From: a bacterium
GTDB taxonomy: Bacteria > Patescibacteriota > Minisyncoccia > Phycocordibacterales > JAUSHB01
NCBI GenBank assembly: GCA_030648955.1
Contig: JAUSHB010000004.1
Span: 1 to 60,898 of the forward strand
Reading direction: 5' to 3'
Length of the DNA stretch: 60,898 nt
Positions 29,964-40,548 of the stretch are shown piece by piece. Within the stretch, counting starts at the first letter, position 1. Each line of letters begins with the position of its first letter. The notes beneath the pieces were generated by a model. That model searched no databases. It was not told the origin of the DNA and was given only the letters and a program-made list of their open reading frames with translations. Both the position numbers and the translations under genes were made by a program.

Positions 29964-30431
29964 ATGCAGATTAAAGAGCTTGGGCATGTTGTACTCTACG
30001 TAACCAACCTTGAAACGGTCACAAATTTTTATCGTGACGTGCTCGGATTCCGTGAAGTTGATCGCAATGATGGTTTTGCCGTTTTTTCCTCGGGACGTAC
30101 ACATCACGAGCTTCTTTTAATTCAAGTCGGCGGCACTCCGCGCCCGCCTGAGCGAGTTCGCTCGCAGTCAGGGAAAAAGGGAGTAGAGCCGGGGTTGTAT
30201 CATATCGGTTTTAAAGTTGCAGACACCGACCAAGAATTAAAAGAAATTTACCGGCATCTAAAAAAACACCACGTAACGATCATTGGCACGGGAGATCATA
30301 CCGTGACACACAGTATTTATATTCTTGATCCCGATGGGAATGAACTTGAGTTATATGCCGACGTTTCCGATGTCTGGAAAAAAGATCCGAAATCAATCAT
30401 GTCGCTTACCAAACCACTTAACCTTGATTAA
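29964..30431 (+). CDS. VOC/glyoxalase family protein
   Basis: LGHVVLYV, FYRDVLGF, LYHIGF, SIYILDPDGNELEL; start moved to ATG 29964 behind TGtTAAAAT. Confidence 0.9.
   Translation: MQIKELGHVVLYVTNLETVTNFYRDVLGFREVDRNDGFAVFSSGRTHHELLLIQVGGTPRPPERVRSQSGKKGVEPGLYHIGFKVADTDQELKEIYRHLKKHHVTIIGTGDHTVTHSIYILDPDGNELELYADVSDVWKKDPKSIMSLTKPLNLD
30143..30172. repeat. In-frame 30-bp palindromic insert
   Basis: cccgcctgagcgagttcgctcgcagtcagg; reverse complement matches the outer element at 28847-28906. Confidence 0.85.
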
Positions 30432-30618
30432 AGTAATTGATATCGATTGCCCGCCAGGCCCTCTTTTCATAGGACTAATTATTTCTTGATATACTTGAGT
30501 CATTTTTTCTGAATGCAAGCGACCAAAAATTATCCATTACTAGCGAAGGGGAGCTAATGGTTATGAGTATCCCCAGAAGACCATTGTGGCTTAAATTTAG
30601 ATTTAGTAATATAAACTC

Positions 30619-31152
30619 ATGAAAAGTCTTTCATTGTGGAAAATATTCATCATAGTTTTTATTCTTTTGCTTCTTTGGTTTGTGATTAAAGTACTCTTTC
30701 CGCTTGGCGGCGCGGTAGTTGAAATTGAGTCTACAAGAGATACACTAAATCGTTCTTTTGCAGGGCGTTTTCTTGACATTGAAGCACCTGCACAACCCGG
30801 GAAAGTAATTCATGTAAACCATGTCAATATGCCTGAGCCGGGGTTCATTGTTATCTATCGCTCTGCTGGATACACAAACAATGGACAAGAGCCGGAAAAA
30901 TTTTTTGGTTCATCCGTACTGCTCACTAAGGGAATAAAACAGGACTTTGATATTTCACTCATTGAAGAAATAAAATGCACACGACTTACTGCGAGGTTAC
31001 ATAAAGATATAAACAAGGATGGCGTATTTGATTTTTCTACTGAAGGTGAGTATGGAAAGGCAAATATGAATGGAGAAACTAGAATTTTAAATCCTGATTT
31101 GAAATCTCAACCGAGCAGTATTTTCCAAAACTTTGATGTAAAATGTCGGTAA
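30619..31152 (+). CDS. Membrane-anchored hypothetical protein
   Basis: N-terminal TM; VNMPEPGFIVI...LHKDINKDGVFDF beta-rich domain. Confidence 0.65.
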   Translation: MKSLSLWKIFIIVFILLLLWFVIKVLFPLGGAVVEIESTRDTLNRSFAGRFLDIEAPAQPGKVIHVNHVNMPEPGFIVIYRSAGYTNNGQEPEKFFGSSVLLTKGIKQDFDISLIEEIKCTRLTARLHKDINKDGVFDFSTEGEYGKANMNGETRILNPDLKSQPSSIFQNFDVKCR

Positions 31153-31210
31153 GTCAGTAAAATTACCGATCAAGTTGTCAAGGAGGTATCCCGCACATAT
31201 ACATTTATTA

Positions 31211-31996
31211 TCAGTTCTTTTTCTGCGCATACACGGAAATACTTCTGCGTTTCCATGCTTTGCCGTGGCGCGTGTGGCGATGTGATTTGCTTGTCTTGTG
31301 AATTATGAAATACTCGCCGAGAAAATCGTAGATTTCTTTTTCAGTGAACACATGCTCTGAAACGCCGATGATGGGGTGGATATACGAGCCTTCTTCTCCC
31401 GCAGGATTTTCGCGCAAGAGCCGTTCGGCATGCTGATCCTCGTCTCGTAAAAATGTTTTAAAGAATAGCCATCCGTCAGGACGAAGTACGCGAGCGATTT
31501 CGCCAATGAGTATTTTTCGCTCTGCTTCCTTAAGAAAGTGCGAGGTCATCATATCAAGCACGATTGTTTGTGACTGGTCGGGGAGAGAGATAGGTCCTGC
31601 GATCGTTCGTGTTTCGTATTCAAGCGGTAAGTCATTGCTTAAGCGAGTTGCTTGCGCAGTTGCTTCGTGTGAAATATCAAAACCAACACCATGACACCCA
31701 AATTGTTGCGCAAGGTAAATAAGATTGCGCCCATTGCCGCACCCCAGATCAAGAATTGAAATTGTTTTGTTGAGATATTTTCCTCCGTGTTGGCGAGAGA
31801 GCCATCGGGTAAACTTTACCAGATCTTCACTCGGGTTACTTGAAAGCATAATATGTTCTTTGTTTTTATATTCTTTATTCCAAAACGCCCCGCCCCGGCC
31901 CTTATTTCTGCCGGATTCACGGATTTGTCTTCTGGCTTGTTTTTTACTCCGGTATCTTTTCATGTATCTTTTTATACCATAGGTGGGCAAAAGCAC
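31211..31996 (-). CDS. Class I SAM-dependent methyltransferase
   Basis: ILDLGCGNGRN, GFDIS, RVLRPDG. Confidence 0.9.
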   Translation of the reverse strand: MLLPTYGIKRYMKRYRSKKQARRQIRESGRNKGRGGAFWNKEYKNKEHIMLSSNPSEDLVKFTRWLSRQHGGKYLNKTISILDLGCGNGRNLIYLAQQFGCHGVGFDISHEATAQATRLSNDLPLEYETRTIAGPISLPDQSQTIVLDMMTSHFLKEAERKILIGEIARVLRPDGWLFFKTFLRDEDQHAERLLRENPAGEEGSYIHPIIGVSEHVFTEKEIYDFLGEYFIIHKTSKSHRHTRHGKAWKRRSISVYAQKKN

Positions 31997-32078
31997 ATAG
32001 CGTAAGTCTCCAAACGTTCAATGTGAGAAAAATAGATTTATACTCGCCAGTACTTAGTGTTTACGGTACACTGGATGT

Positions 32079-32846
32079 ATGAAACACATGATTCCCAATG
32101 TATATATTTACGGCAAACATGCGCTTGTGGAAGCATTGCGCAATTCACCTCATGCGGTTACGAAGGTGTTGCTTGCTCCGCAAGGTGAAGACAACGAAGT
32201 GAGAGCGCTTGCTAAGAGCGCCAACATTCCTGTCGTAGACCTTTCTCCAAAAACAACGCCCCACGATATTGATTCATCCGCGGTGCATCAAGGAGTTATC
32301 GGACTGGTATCGCTTGGCAAGCTCGTGCGCGAATACCGTGAGTTTATTGAGGGTCTGAAAATCGACCCCGATTCATCACTTGTCATTTTGGGAGAGATAC
32401 AAGACCCGCAAAATGTCGGCGCAATCATTCGCTCTGCCGCGGCGTTTGGTGTTGCGGGCGTGCTTATCCCCGAGCACAATCAAGCGCCCATCACGGGTAC
32501 TGTCGTTAAGGTATCTGCGGGCATGGCATTTCGTGTGCCCCTGGTTTCGATCGGGAACGTGAACACAACAGCACGTGACCTCAAGGAACGTGGTTTCTGG
32601 ATCTACGGTCTTGAAGGCGATGCGTCAAAAAATATTACACAGGAGAATTTTGATGCACCGGCAGTGTTTATTTTAGGGAATGAAGCAACCGGTATTCGTC
32701 TCAAGACCCGCGAACTTTGTGATATTCTTCTTTCAATCCCCATGAATCCCGGATGCGAATCGCTTAATGTTTCGGCATCTGCCGCAGTTGCATTGTATGC
32801 ATGGAGTGCGCAACATCCAGGGGCGCTTGGGGGAAAACAGGAATAA
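32079..32846 (+). CDS. rlmB: TrmH/SpoU-family rRNA methyltransferase (RlmB-like)
   Basis: IYGKHALVEAL, DPQNVGAIIRSA, GNEATG, ESLNVS. Confidence 0.85.
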   Translation: MKHMIPNVYIYGKHALVEALRNSPHAVTKVLLAPQGEDNEVRALAKSANIPVVDLSPKTTPHDIDSSAVHQGVIGLVSLGKLVREYREFIEGLKIDPDSSLVILGEIQDPQNVGAIIRSAAAFGVAGVLIPEHNQAPITGTVVKVSAGMAFRVPLVSIGNVNTTARDLKERGFWIYGLEGDASKNITQENFDAPAVFILGNEATGIRLKTRELCDILLSIPMNPGCESLNVSASAAVALYAWSAQHPGALGGKQE

Positions 32847-32982
32847 GCGTTGATGTGTTCTCTTAAAAAATATCCTAAATTGCCTTCTTGTCTCCCAGTT
32901 GTTTTTTTAAAAGCGCTGTATGTTTCTCGCGCTGTTTTCTGATACAATATAATCACTCATTGTAACTAGACACTCATACATC

Positions 32983-35448
32983 ATGCCCACAGACAATAAT
33001 CGCTCGGTCATCAATCTTCCCAAAGGAGTCTCGGGACTTTCCCGTCGCGAGGCGAAAGAGCGCCTAGCAACATACGGTCCAAATGAGATTATTCAAGGTG
33101 TCAAGCTCTCTCTTGTTGCAAATTTCTTTTTGAAATTTAAAAATCCTCTCATCATCATCCTCATTATTGCCGCGCTCATCTCCGGCTTTTTGGGTAATCG
33201 TATCGACCCGTTCATTATTATTGCGATGGTGATATTAAGTGTCACGATCGATTTTTTTAATACTTATAAATCGCAAAAAGCAGCAGAAGCTCTTCGAGAT
33301 CGTGTAAAAATTACGGGAACGGTGGTTCGCGAGGGAACCATCGAGGAAATTCCACTCTCGCTTATTGTTCCCGGTGATGTGGTCATACTTTCGCCCGGCG
33401 ATGTTATTCCCGCCGATGGCGTCGTGTTGCAGTCAAAGGACTTTTTCTTGAATGAATCGTCACTTACAGGTGAGTCATTTCCCGCCGAAAAAGATATTCA
33501 TTCTCCCATTTTTATGGGGAGCAGTGTTGTGACGGGGTCCGGACTCATGACGGTCCTTACAACAGGGAAAAAAACAAAATTCGGATCTATCGCCGAAACG
33601 CTTATGCGCAAAGAAGAACCGACTGAATTCGACCGAGGAATCAAGGATTTCAGCGTGCTCATTATGAAGATGATTTTTATTCTGGTTATCTTTGTGTTTT
33701 TCGTCAATGCGTTTACCAAGAATCAATTACTTGATTCATTTCTTTTTGCTATTGCTCTTGCAGTAGGCCTTACTCCAGAGCTTTTACCGATGATTATTGC
33801 GCTCAATCTTTCTCGCGGATCACTTGTCATGTCAAAACGGGGCGTCATCGTGAAAAAGCTTAGTGCGATACAAAGTTTCGGAAGTATGGATATTTTGTGC
33901 ACCGATAAAACGGGGACACTTACCGAAGATCGCATCGTGTTGATTAAGTGTGTAGATGGTTTTGGGGTAGAATCTGAAAAAGTGTTTCTTTATTCATATG
34001 TGAATAGTTTTTATCAGAGCGGGTTTTTAAATCCGCTCGATTCGGCAGTTGTTGAATTCAGAAAGCTTCATACGAAAGAGTACAAAAAAGTTGATGAAAC
34101 ACCTTTTGATTATATTCGAAAACGTAACACCGTGGTTGTGGATGGTCCAGAGGGGAGACTTCTCATTACTAAGGGAGCTCCAGAAGAACTTTTACGAGAA
34201 TGTAGTTTTTATGCCGATGATAGCACACCATTTTCGGATGACATATCAAAACGCGTTTATGGTCAATATCAAGACTTAAGTAAGGAGGGGTTTCGTGTTC
34301 TCGCGGTCGGTATCAAGAAAATTCATGAGAAAAGAGAGGTGTATGGAAAGAATGAAGAGCACAACATGGTGTTTGCGGGCTTCATTGCTTTTCTTGATCC
34401 CGCAAAAAAGACTGTTGCAGAAACACTCAAAAAATTAGAAGAGTATGGGATTGAAATTAAGATTATCACAGGTGATAACGACCTAGTGAGTCAAAAAATT
34501 GCCCGTGATATTAATTTGCTCGTCAAAGGGGTTCTTACGGGAAACGAAATTGAAATTTTAACTGATGATGCATTAAGAATTCGAGCCGAAGAAACAACGA
34601 TTTTTGCACGCGTGTCACCGGACCAGAAAACAAGGATTATCAGGCTTCTTCAGAAAAATAAACACGTGGTTGGATATATGGGTGATGGAATTAATGATGC
34701 GCCGGCTCTTAAGGCGGCAGATGTCGGCATCTCGGTCAACAATGCTGTTGACGTTGCAAAAGAATCAGCAGATATTATTTTGATTCACAAAAGCCTTAAC
34801 GATCTTGTTGAGGGTGTGATAGAAGGGAGAAAAACTTTTTCTAATACTATGAAATATCTTATGATGACGCTATCGTCCAATTTCGGCAATATGTTTTCAA
34901 TGGCAGGTGCGTCGCTTTTTATTCCATTTCTACCAATGCTCCCGACACAAATCTTACTCAACAATTTTATTTACGACAGCTCTCAACTTGCTCTTTCTGT
35001 CGATAACGTTGACCACGCTGAAATAAAAAAACCCCACAAACTTGATATCGGGTTCATTAAGAAGTTCATGATGGTCTTCGGCCCATTAAGTTCTGTCTTC
35101 GATGTTGTAACATTTCTGGTACTATTGCTTGTGTTTAACTTTGTTGAAAGTGATTTTCAAACGGGGTGGTTTATTGAATCTCTTGCTACACAAACACTGG
35201 TAATCTATATGATTCGTTCGCGATTCTCGTTCTTCAAAAGCAAGCCGAGTATCGCATTAGTGATAAGCACTATCGTAGCCGTCGGTGTTGGGTGGGGGAT
35301 CGCGCAGAGTTCGCTCGGAACAATATTCAATTTTAAACCACTCGCACTTCTTCCGCTCATCGCGATTGGCGCCATTGTCACCGCATATCTTGCGGCAGTG
35401 TATTTTGCAAAGAAGTGGTTTTACAACAAGCTTTTGAAAGATTACTAA
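32983..35448 (+). CDS. mgtA: Mg2+-translocating P-type ATPase
   Basis: TGES, PELLP, DKTGTLT, TGDN, GDGINDAPAL; LPTQILLNN. Confidence 0.88.
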   Translation: MPTDNNRSVINLPKGVSGLSRREAKERLATYGPNEIIQGVKLSLVANFFLKFKNPLIIILIIAALISGFLGNRIDPFIIIAMVILSVTIDFFNTYKSQKAAEALRDRVKITGTVVREGTIEEIPLSLIVPGDVVILSPGDVIPADGVVLQSKDFFLNESSLTGESFPAEKDIHSPIFMGSSVVTGSGLMTVLTTGKKTKFGSIAETLMRKEEPTEFDRGIKDFSVLIMKMIFILVIFVFFVNAFTKNQLLDSFLFAIALAVGLTPELLPMIIALNLSRGSLVMSKRGVIVKKLSAIQSFGSMDILCTDKTGTLTEDRIVLIKCVDGFGVESEKVFLYSYVNSFYQSGFLNPLDSAVVEFRKLHTKEYKKVDETPFDYIRKRNTVVVDGPEGRLLITKGAPEELLRECSFYADDSTPFSDDISKRVYGQYQDLSKEGFRVLAVGIKKIHEKREVYGKNEEHNMVFAGFIAFLDPAKKTVAETLKKLEEYGIEIKIITGDNDLVSQKIARDINLLVKGVLTGNEIEILTDDALRIRAEETTIFARVSPDQKTRIIRLLQKNKHVVGYMGDGINDAPALKAADVGISVNNAVDVAKESADIILIHKSLNDLVEGVIEGRKTFSNTMKYLMMTLSSNFGNMFSMAGASLFIPFLPMLPTQILLNNFIYDSSQLALSVDNVDHAEIKKPHKLDIGFIKKFMMVFGPLSSVFDVVTFLVLLLVFNFVESDFQTGWFIESLATQTLVIYMIRSRFSFFKSKPSIALVISTIVAVGVGWGIAQSSLGTIFNFKPLALLPLIAIGAIVTAYLAAVYFAKKWFYNKLLKDY

Positions 35449-35559
35449 TCCAATGTACTCTGTTTTGATGATTTAAATTTTCACCTGCCCGCGCGTTACT
35501 TACTTGAGTGAATCTTCGGTCATCCCGAAGTGCGTGTGAAATACATCACCAAACACATT

Positions 35560-36537
35560 TCAACGCAGGCGGGGAATTTTACTTGTAACTGCCCTAACGA
35601 CATTTACCGGGATTGCAAAGCTGATGTTGCTTGAACCCATGACCGTGGCGACATTGATACCCACCACTTTGCCGTCTATGTCGATGAGCGGACCGCCTGA
35701 ATTGCCTGGATTGATTGCGGCATCAGTTTGAATAATACCAGTAAGTTTTTGCACTTTTCCATTGCTGTCAGTCGCTTCTATTTCACGATTAAGTCCTGAA
35801 ATGATGCCGACGGAAATTGAATTATTGTATTCACCAAGCGCATTTCCAATCGCCACAACCGTTTGGCCCAATTTAAGCGTGGAAGAATCACCAAGTGTTA
35901 CGGTTGAGTAGTTATTTCCTTCTATTTTGAGAATCGCGATGTCACTCACGGGGTCTCGATACGAAATCATCGCTTTTTTTTGTGTTCCTGTTGAAAGGAG
36001 TACAGTATAGTCTGCAACAGTATCTGCGACGACATGTTTATTGGTAATAATGTATCCATCCTTAGTTACAATAAATCCTGTTCCTGCACCAACTTTTTTA
36101 TGCTCAACCCCCTTCTGTTGATACACGGGAATTTGGAATTTGAAATTACCGAAAAATGGATCGTCGCCGAAAGGATTTTGATAGGTCACTTCAAGTTTGG
36201 GAACATCTTTTGAAATTACGATTGAAACCACGGAGGGTGATATTTGGGAAACCGCGCCAGTAAGGAGCTCGTCTTGAGATTTTTCACGGACTTGTTGTCG
36301 ATTTTCTATTTCACTGAGTGATAGTGCAACGCGTGAATTTTCCCCGGTTATTTTGGTGATCTCGTTTTGAAGCGAAGAAATCTGTTTTTGCAACGCGGTG
36401 ATTTTTGTGTTGAATAATTTATCACGCTCAGCGGATGATTCTTTCACACTTAAATACGTTTGGTAGGAAAGCGCGATTCCCGCGATTACCAACAACATTA
36501 CAACGGTGCGTATTGATGATGGGTTAAAATTTTTCAT
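35560..36537 (-). CDS. Trypsin-like (HtrA/DegP-type) serine protease without PDZ
   Basis: TNKHVV, SDIA, QTDAAINPGNSGGPL; N-terminal TM and coiled coil. Confidence 0.9.
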   Translation of the reverse strand: MKNFNPSSIRTVVMLLVIAGIALSYQTYLSVKESSAERDKLFNTKITALQKQISSLQNEITKITGENSRVALSLSEIENRQQVREKSQDELLTGAVSQISPSVVSIVISKDVPKLEVTYQNPFGDDPFFGNFKFQIPVYQQKGVEHKKVGAGTGFIVTKDGYIITNKHVVADTVADYTVLLSTGTQKKAMISYRDPVSDIAILKIEGNNYSTVTLGDSSTLKLGQTVVAIGNALGEYNNSISVGIISGLNREIEATDSNGKVQKLTGIIQTDAAINPGNSGGPLIDIDGKVVGINVATVMGSSNISFAIPVNVVRAVTSKIPRLR

Positions 36538-36780
36538 GATTTGCTGTTTTATTTAAGACTCTTATTTTATATAATTTAGTTTCAGTGTGTCAACACACCC
36601 GTTATTTCTATCTTCTCTATTTCCTCATATACAATTAATTTCTGCGATAGCATGAATTAATTGTATCTATAGTAACTATGTGCATGCATTGTTCATTCAT
36701 TTGACAACCGGTGTCACATTGCTAGACTGTTCCCAGTGTTCTTTGCTATGCCGCCACAACTCTAAACGAGGAGTAAATTC

Positions 36781-37155
36781 ATGGATAAAGAAATCATACT
36801 TTCCGCAGTTCAAGATGCATGTAGCGTTAGCACCTCCCTTATTACTTGTGAATCCTGTGGTCGCGTGCATTTCAACGATGAAGAACCAGAAAAACTTGAG
36901 GAGCTTACTAAGAAAGCTCAAGTGAAACCCGATCGTTATATTGATCATGGAGATGTGAGCATCGCGTGGTTTACATTTAATGGTAAACAAGTAGTGGTTG
37001 ATTGTCAGTGTGACAAAGCCGCGGCGATCGGGAAATTTTTATGGCAGCACCGCTTTTTTATTAGAGATGTCCTTGTTGGGGTCGCGGAAAAGAATGCAGA
37101 AATTGCGAGGGGCGACCAGAAGTCGATGGGTAAGCTACAGGCAACACCTTTATAA
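36781..37155 (+). CDS. Hypothetical protein with CxxC/CxC motifs
   Basis: 124-aa ORF, CESCGRVH and DCQC; followed by a terminator. Confidence 0.6.
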   Translation: MDKEIILSAVQDACSVSTSLITCESCGRVHFNDEEPEKLEELTKKAQVKPDRYIDHGDVSIAWFTFNGKQVVVDCQCDKAAAIGKFLWQHRFFIRDVLVGVAEKNAEIARGDQKSMGKLQATPL

Positions 37156-37177
37156 TTTTCCTACACGTTCTTTTTTT

Positions 37178-37210
37178 AAAGTCCCGTTAGTTGTACTGGC
37201 GGGACTTTTT
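37178..37210 (+). terminator. Intrinsic terminator
   Basis: aaagtcccg...cgggactttt. Confidence 0.7.
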
Positions 37211-37316
37211 GTAAAAGATAATCGCCATAATCAGCAGGATAAAAACTAGTTTTTTGACTTTTTTACTTTCTTGATGTAGTATATGGTATTAATCCCATCA
37301 GGGGGATTTTTTCATT

Positions 37317-39104
37317 ATGGAGATTAGGAATATAGCTATTATTGCTCACGTTGACCACGGGAAGACCACGCTCACAGACGCTATCATGCGGCAGACGGGA
37401 ATGTTTACCGAAGGGATGAGTATGGATGTAAACGCGCTTGAACAAGAGCGCGGCATTACGATATACGCTAAAAATACCGCAACATTTTATAAGGGCACAA
37501 AAATCAATATTGTGGACACTCCCGGCCACGCCGATTTCGGTTCTGAAGTGGAGCGCGTGCTCCGTTCGATCGATTCCGTACTTCTTGTTGTTGACGCGCA
37601 GGAAGGGCCAATGCCCCAGACACGCTTTGTGCTTAAAAAATCCCTTGAATTGGGGCTCAAGCCGATTGTGGTGATAAATAAGATTGATAAACCTGCGGCT
37701 GATGTAGGGCGCACACATGACCAAGTACTTGAGCTATTCATCGATCTTGGCGCAAACCATGACCAGCTTGATTTTCCTGTTATATACGCGATTGGCCGCT
37801 CGGGGATTGCAAAGAAAAATCTCGCTGATGAATCAAAAGACCTCACCCCGCTTCTCGACATGATCCTTGAAAAAGTTCCCGCCGCGCCTTCGCAAACAGA
37901 TCTCCCTTTGCGAGCACAGCCGTTTAATCTTGCATACGACAATTTTCTCGGACGTCTTGCTATTGTCCGCATGTATGAAGGGGTGATTCGTGCTGGAGAT
38001 ACAGTGTATGTGAAAAATTTTAATAATCCCAACGAAACACCCAAGAGTGGAAAAATTACAAAACTCTTTACGTTCCGTGGTGTTGCAAGGGAAGAGGCGA
38101 CAGAAGCATGCGCTGGAGACATTGCGATGATTGCGGGTATCCCCGGTATTTTTATTGGTGATACTATTTGTGCGAACGGCGATCAAGAAGCGCTTCCCGC
38201 AATCAAAATCGACGAGCCGACCATCGCGCTTAATTTTTTTGTGAATAGCTCTCCGTTTGCGGGACGCGAAGGAAAATTTGTGACGTCTCGACAAATCCGT
38301 GAACGTCTCGAGAAGGAGCTTGAGGTAAACGTCGGACTTCATGTAGACTTTGGTGCAAACGACACATTCAAGGTATACGGACGAGGAGAGCTTCATATTG
38401 CTATCTTACTTGAAAACATGCGTCGCGAAGGACATGAACTTCAAGTATCACAACCGCAAGTAATTATTAAGGAGGAAAACGGAAAGAAGCTCGAACCTTT
38501 CGAGGAAATTACTATTGATATTCCTGCAGAATTTCAGGGTACGGTAATTGAAAAAATGGGAAAGCGCGCTGCGCAACTTCAAGACATGAAACACCATGGC
38601 AACACCGCGCGTCTTATTTTCGAAGGTCCTACGAGAGGACTCTTGGGATATCGCGGGCAATTCGTGATCGATACAAAGGGCGAGGGCATTATGGCAAGCC
38701 GTGTCATTGGATTTAAGCCGCACGTGGGAGAGATCGAGAAACGTGCGGTGGGGTCAATGATGTCTATGGCAACAGGGAAGGCGACCGGTTACTCGCTATG
38801 GAACCTTCAGGATCGTGGTACGCTGTATATTGACCCCAACACGGAAGTATATGAAGGGATGGTTATCGGCAATACCTCAAAGGGCGAGGAAATGGTAGTA
38901 AATCCAATTAAGGGAAAACAGCTTTCCAATGTTCGCTCATCGGGGACTGATGATGCAATCGAGCTCGTACCCCCATACATCCTATCTCTTGAACGTGGAC
39001 TTGAAACGATGTCGGAAGATGAATACCTTGAAATTACTCCAAAAAACGTTCGTCTTCGCAAACAATATCTTACCGAGACAGAACGTTCACGGGCTCGTAG
39101 GTAA
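37317..39104 (+). CDS. typA: Translational GTPase TypA/BipA
   Basis: AHVDHGKTT, DTPGHADF, NKID, GRGELH, EITPKNVRLRK. Confidence 0.96.
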   Translation: MEIRNIAIIAHVDHGKTTLTDAIMRQTGMFTEGMSMDVNALEQERGITIYAKNTATFYKGTKINIVDTPGHADFGSEVERVLRSIDSVLLVVDAQEGPMPQTRFVLKKSLELGLKPIVVINKIDKPAADVGRTHDQVLELFIDLGANHDQLDFPVIYAIGRSGIAKKNLADESKDLTPLLDMILEKVPAAPSQTDLPLRAQPFNLAYDNFLGRLAIVRMYEGVIRAGDTVYVKNFNNPNETPKSGKITKLFTFRGVAREEATEACAGDIAMIAGIPGIFIGDTICANGDQEALPAIKIDEPTIALNFFVNSSPFAGREGKFVTSRQIRERLEKELEVNVGLHVDFGANDTFKVYGRGELHIAILLENMRREGHELQVSQPQVIIKEENGKKLEPFEEITIDIPAEFQGTVIEKMGKRAAQLQDMKHHGNTARLIFEGPTRGLLGYRGQFVIDTKGEGIMASRVIGFKPHVGEIEKRAVGSMMSMATGKATGYSLWNLQDRGTLYIDPNTEVYEGMVIGNTSKGEEMVVNPIKGKQLSNVRSSGTDDAIELVPPYILSLERGLETMSEDEYLEITPKNVRLRKQYLTETERSRARR

Positions 39105-39170
39105 AATATCATTAGTCCACTATCATACGATATGTCGTATGATAGTGGACACAAAAACTAAACACTATAT

Positions 39171-40451
39171 ATGTATAAAAAATCATTTGGATCAAGTGGT
39201 CCTAAAAAATCATACGGAGGAGGAAAAAGCGGAGGAGGAAATTTCAAAAGAGGTTCTTCTTTTGGGCGTAGTAACGTGGGTGGGTCCCGTGGTGGACGAG
39301 GGTTCTCTCGCGGCAGTGGCAGCGGCGGAGGCAGAAGATTCACGGGACAAAGGATTGATGTGTCGCGCTTCATCAGCAAGGCGACCGTGACAGAAGAAGT
39401 GAAAGATTATAGTCCAGAGCATTCGTTTGCAACGTTTAAAATTCACGAAAAACTTAAAGCAAATATCCTCAATAAGGGATATGTTTTGCCGACACCGATT
39501 CAAGACAAAGCTATCCCGCACATTCTTGAGGGGAAAGATATCGTTGGCGTTGCAAACACGGGCACAGGAAAAACTGCGGCGTTCCTCATTCCCTTCATCA
39601 ACAAGATTCTCCATAGCACCAACGAGCAGATTTTGATCGTCGCTCCCACGCGAGAACTTGCAACGCAGATCAACGATGAATTTATCGGATTCGCACGGGG
39701 GCTTGGTTTGTTTTCTGTGGTGTGTATTGGCGGAGCCAATATCCACCAACAAATGAGCAATTTGCGCCGCAAGTATAGTATTGTTATCGGAACACCGGGA
39801 CGGCTTAAGGATTTGATAGAACGAAGAGCACTGACGTTAAATAAGGTTTCAAATGTTGTTTTAGATGAAGCCGATCGCATGCTTGATATGGGTTTTATCA
39901 ACGACATGAAGTATCTTCTTTCAAAAGTTGCCCCGGAACGACAAACACTTCTTTTCTCCGCAACGATTTCACATGAGATCGAAGGGATCATCAGAACTTT
40001 TCTCCGTAATCCGATCAAAATATCAGTGAAGACCGGAGACACGGCTTCAAACGTGGAACAAGATATTATTCGCGTGAAGCAAGGGGAGAAGAAGAATGAT
40101 ATTCTTCGCAACTTGCTTACTCAAAAAGATTTCAGCAAAGTGCTTATTTTTGGCAGAACGAAACATGGGGTTGAAAAACTTTCCCGCACTCTTGCCGAAC
40201 TAGGGTTTAAAGCAGTTTCAATTCATGGCGATAAAACACACGGGAATCGCGCACGCGCACTCAAGCAATTTAAGGACAATCAAGTGCAGATTTTGGTTGC
40301 AACCGATGTTGCCGCACGCGGACTTGATATTCCTGATGTGACCCATGTCATAAACTACGATATTCCCGGAACCTATGAAGACTATGTTCACCGCATCGGC
40401 CGCACCGGCAGAGCAAACAAAAAAGGCTTTGCGCTGACGTTCGTTGAGTAA
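39171..40451 (+). CDS. DEAD-box RNA helicase
   Basis: PTPIQ, TGTGKT, PTRELA, DEAD, SAT, HRIGRTGR; G/R-rich N-terminus. Confidence 0.95.
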   Translation: MYKKSFGSSGPKKSYGGGKSGGGNFKRGSSFGRSNVGGSRGGRGFSRGSGSGGGRRFTGQRIDVSRFISKATVTEEVKDYSPEHSFATFKIHEKLKANILNKGYVLPTPIQDKAIPHILEGKDIVGVANTGTGKTAAFLIPFINKILHSTNEQILIVAPTRELATQINDEFIGFARGLGLFSVVCIGGANIHQQMSNLRRKYSIVIGTPGRLKDLIERRALTLNKVSNVVLDEADRMLDMGFINDMKYLLSKVAPERQTLLFSATISHEIEGIIRTFLRNPIKISVKTGDTASNVEQDIIRVKQGEKKNDILRNLLTQKDFSKVLIFGRTKHGVEKLSRTLAELGFKAVSIHGDKTHGNRARALKQFKDNQVQILVATDVAARGLDIPDVTHVINYDIPGTYEDYVHRIGRTGRANKKGFALTFVE

Positions 40452-40548
40452 GCGAATTTAATATATCTCACTATCCGACACAAAAGCCCCGCACAAAACG
40501 GGTGCTTTTTTGTAAAAATATCGAGGACGTTCCTTGGTAAATAGATAA

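Noticed and set aside
32847-32982. M-box/Mg2+ riboswitch upstream of mgtA
   Set aside because: The intergenic region is short and AT-rich with no recognisable aptamer.
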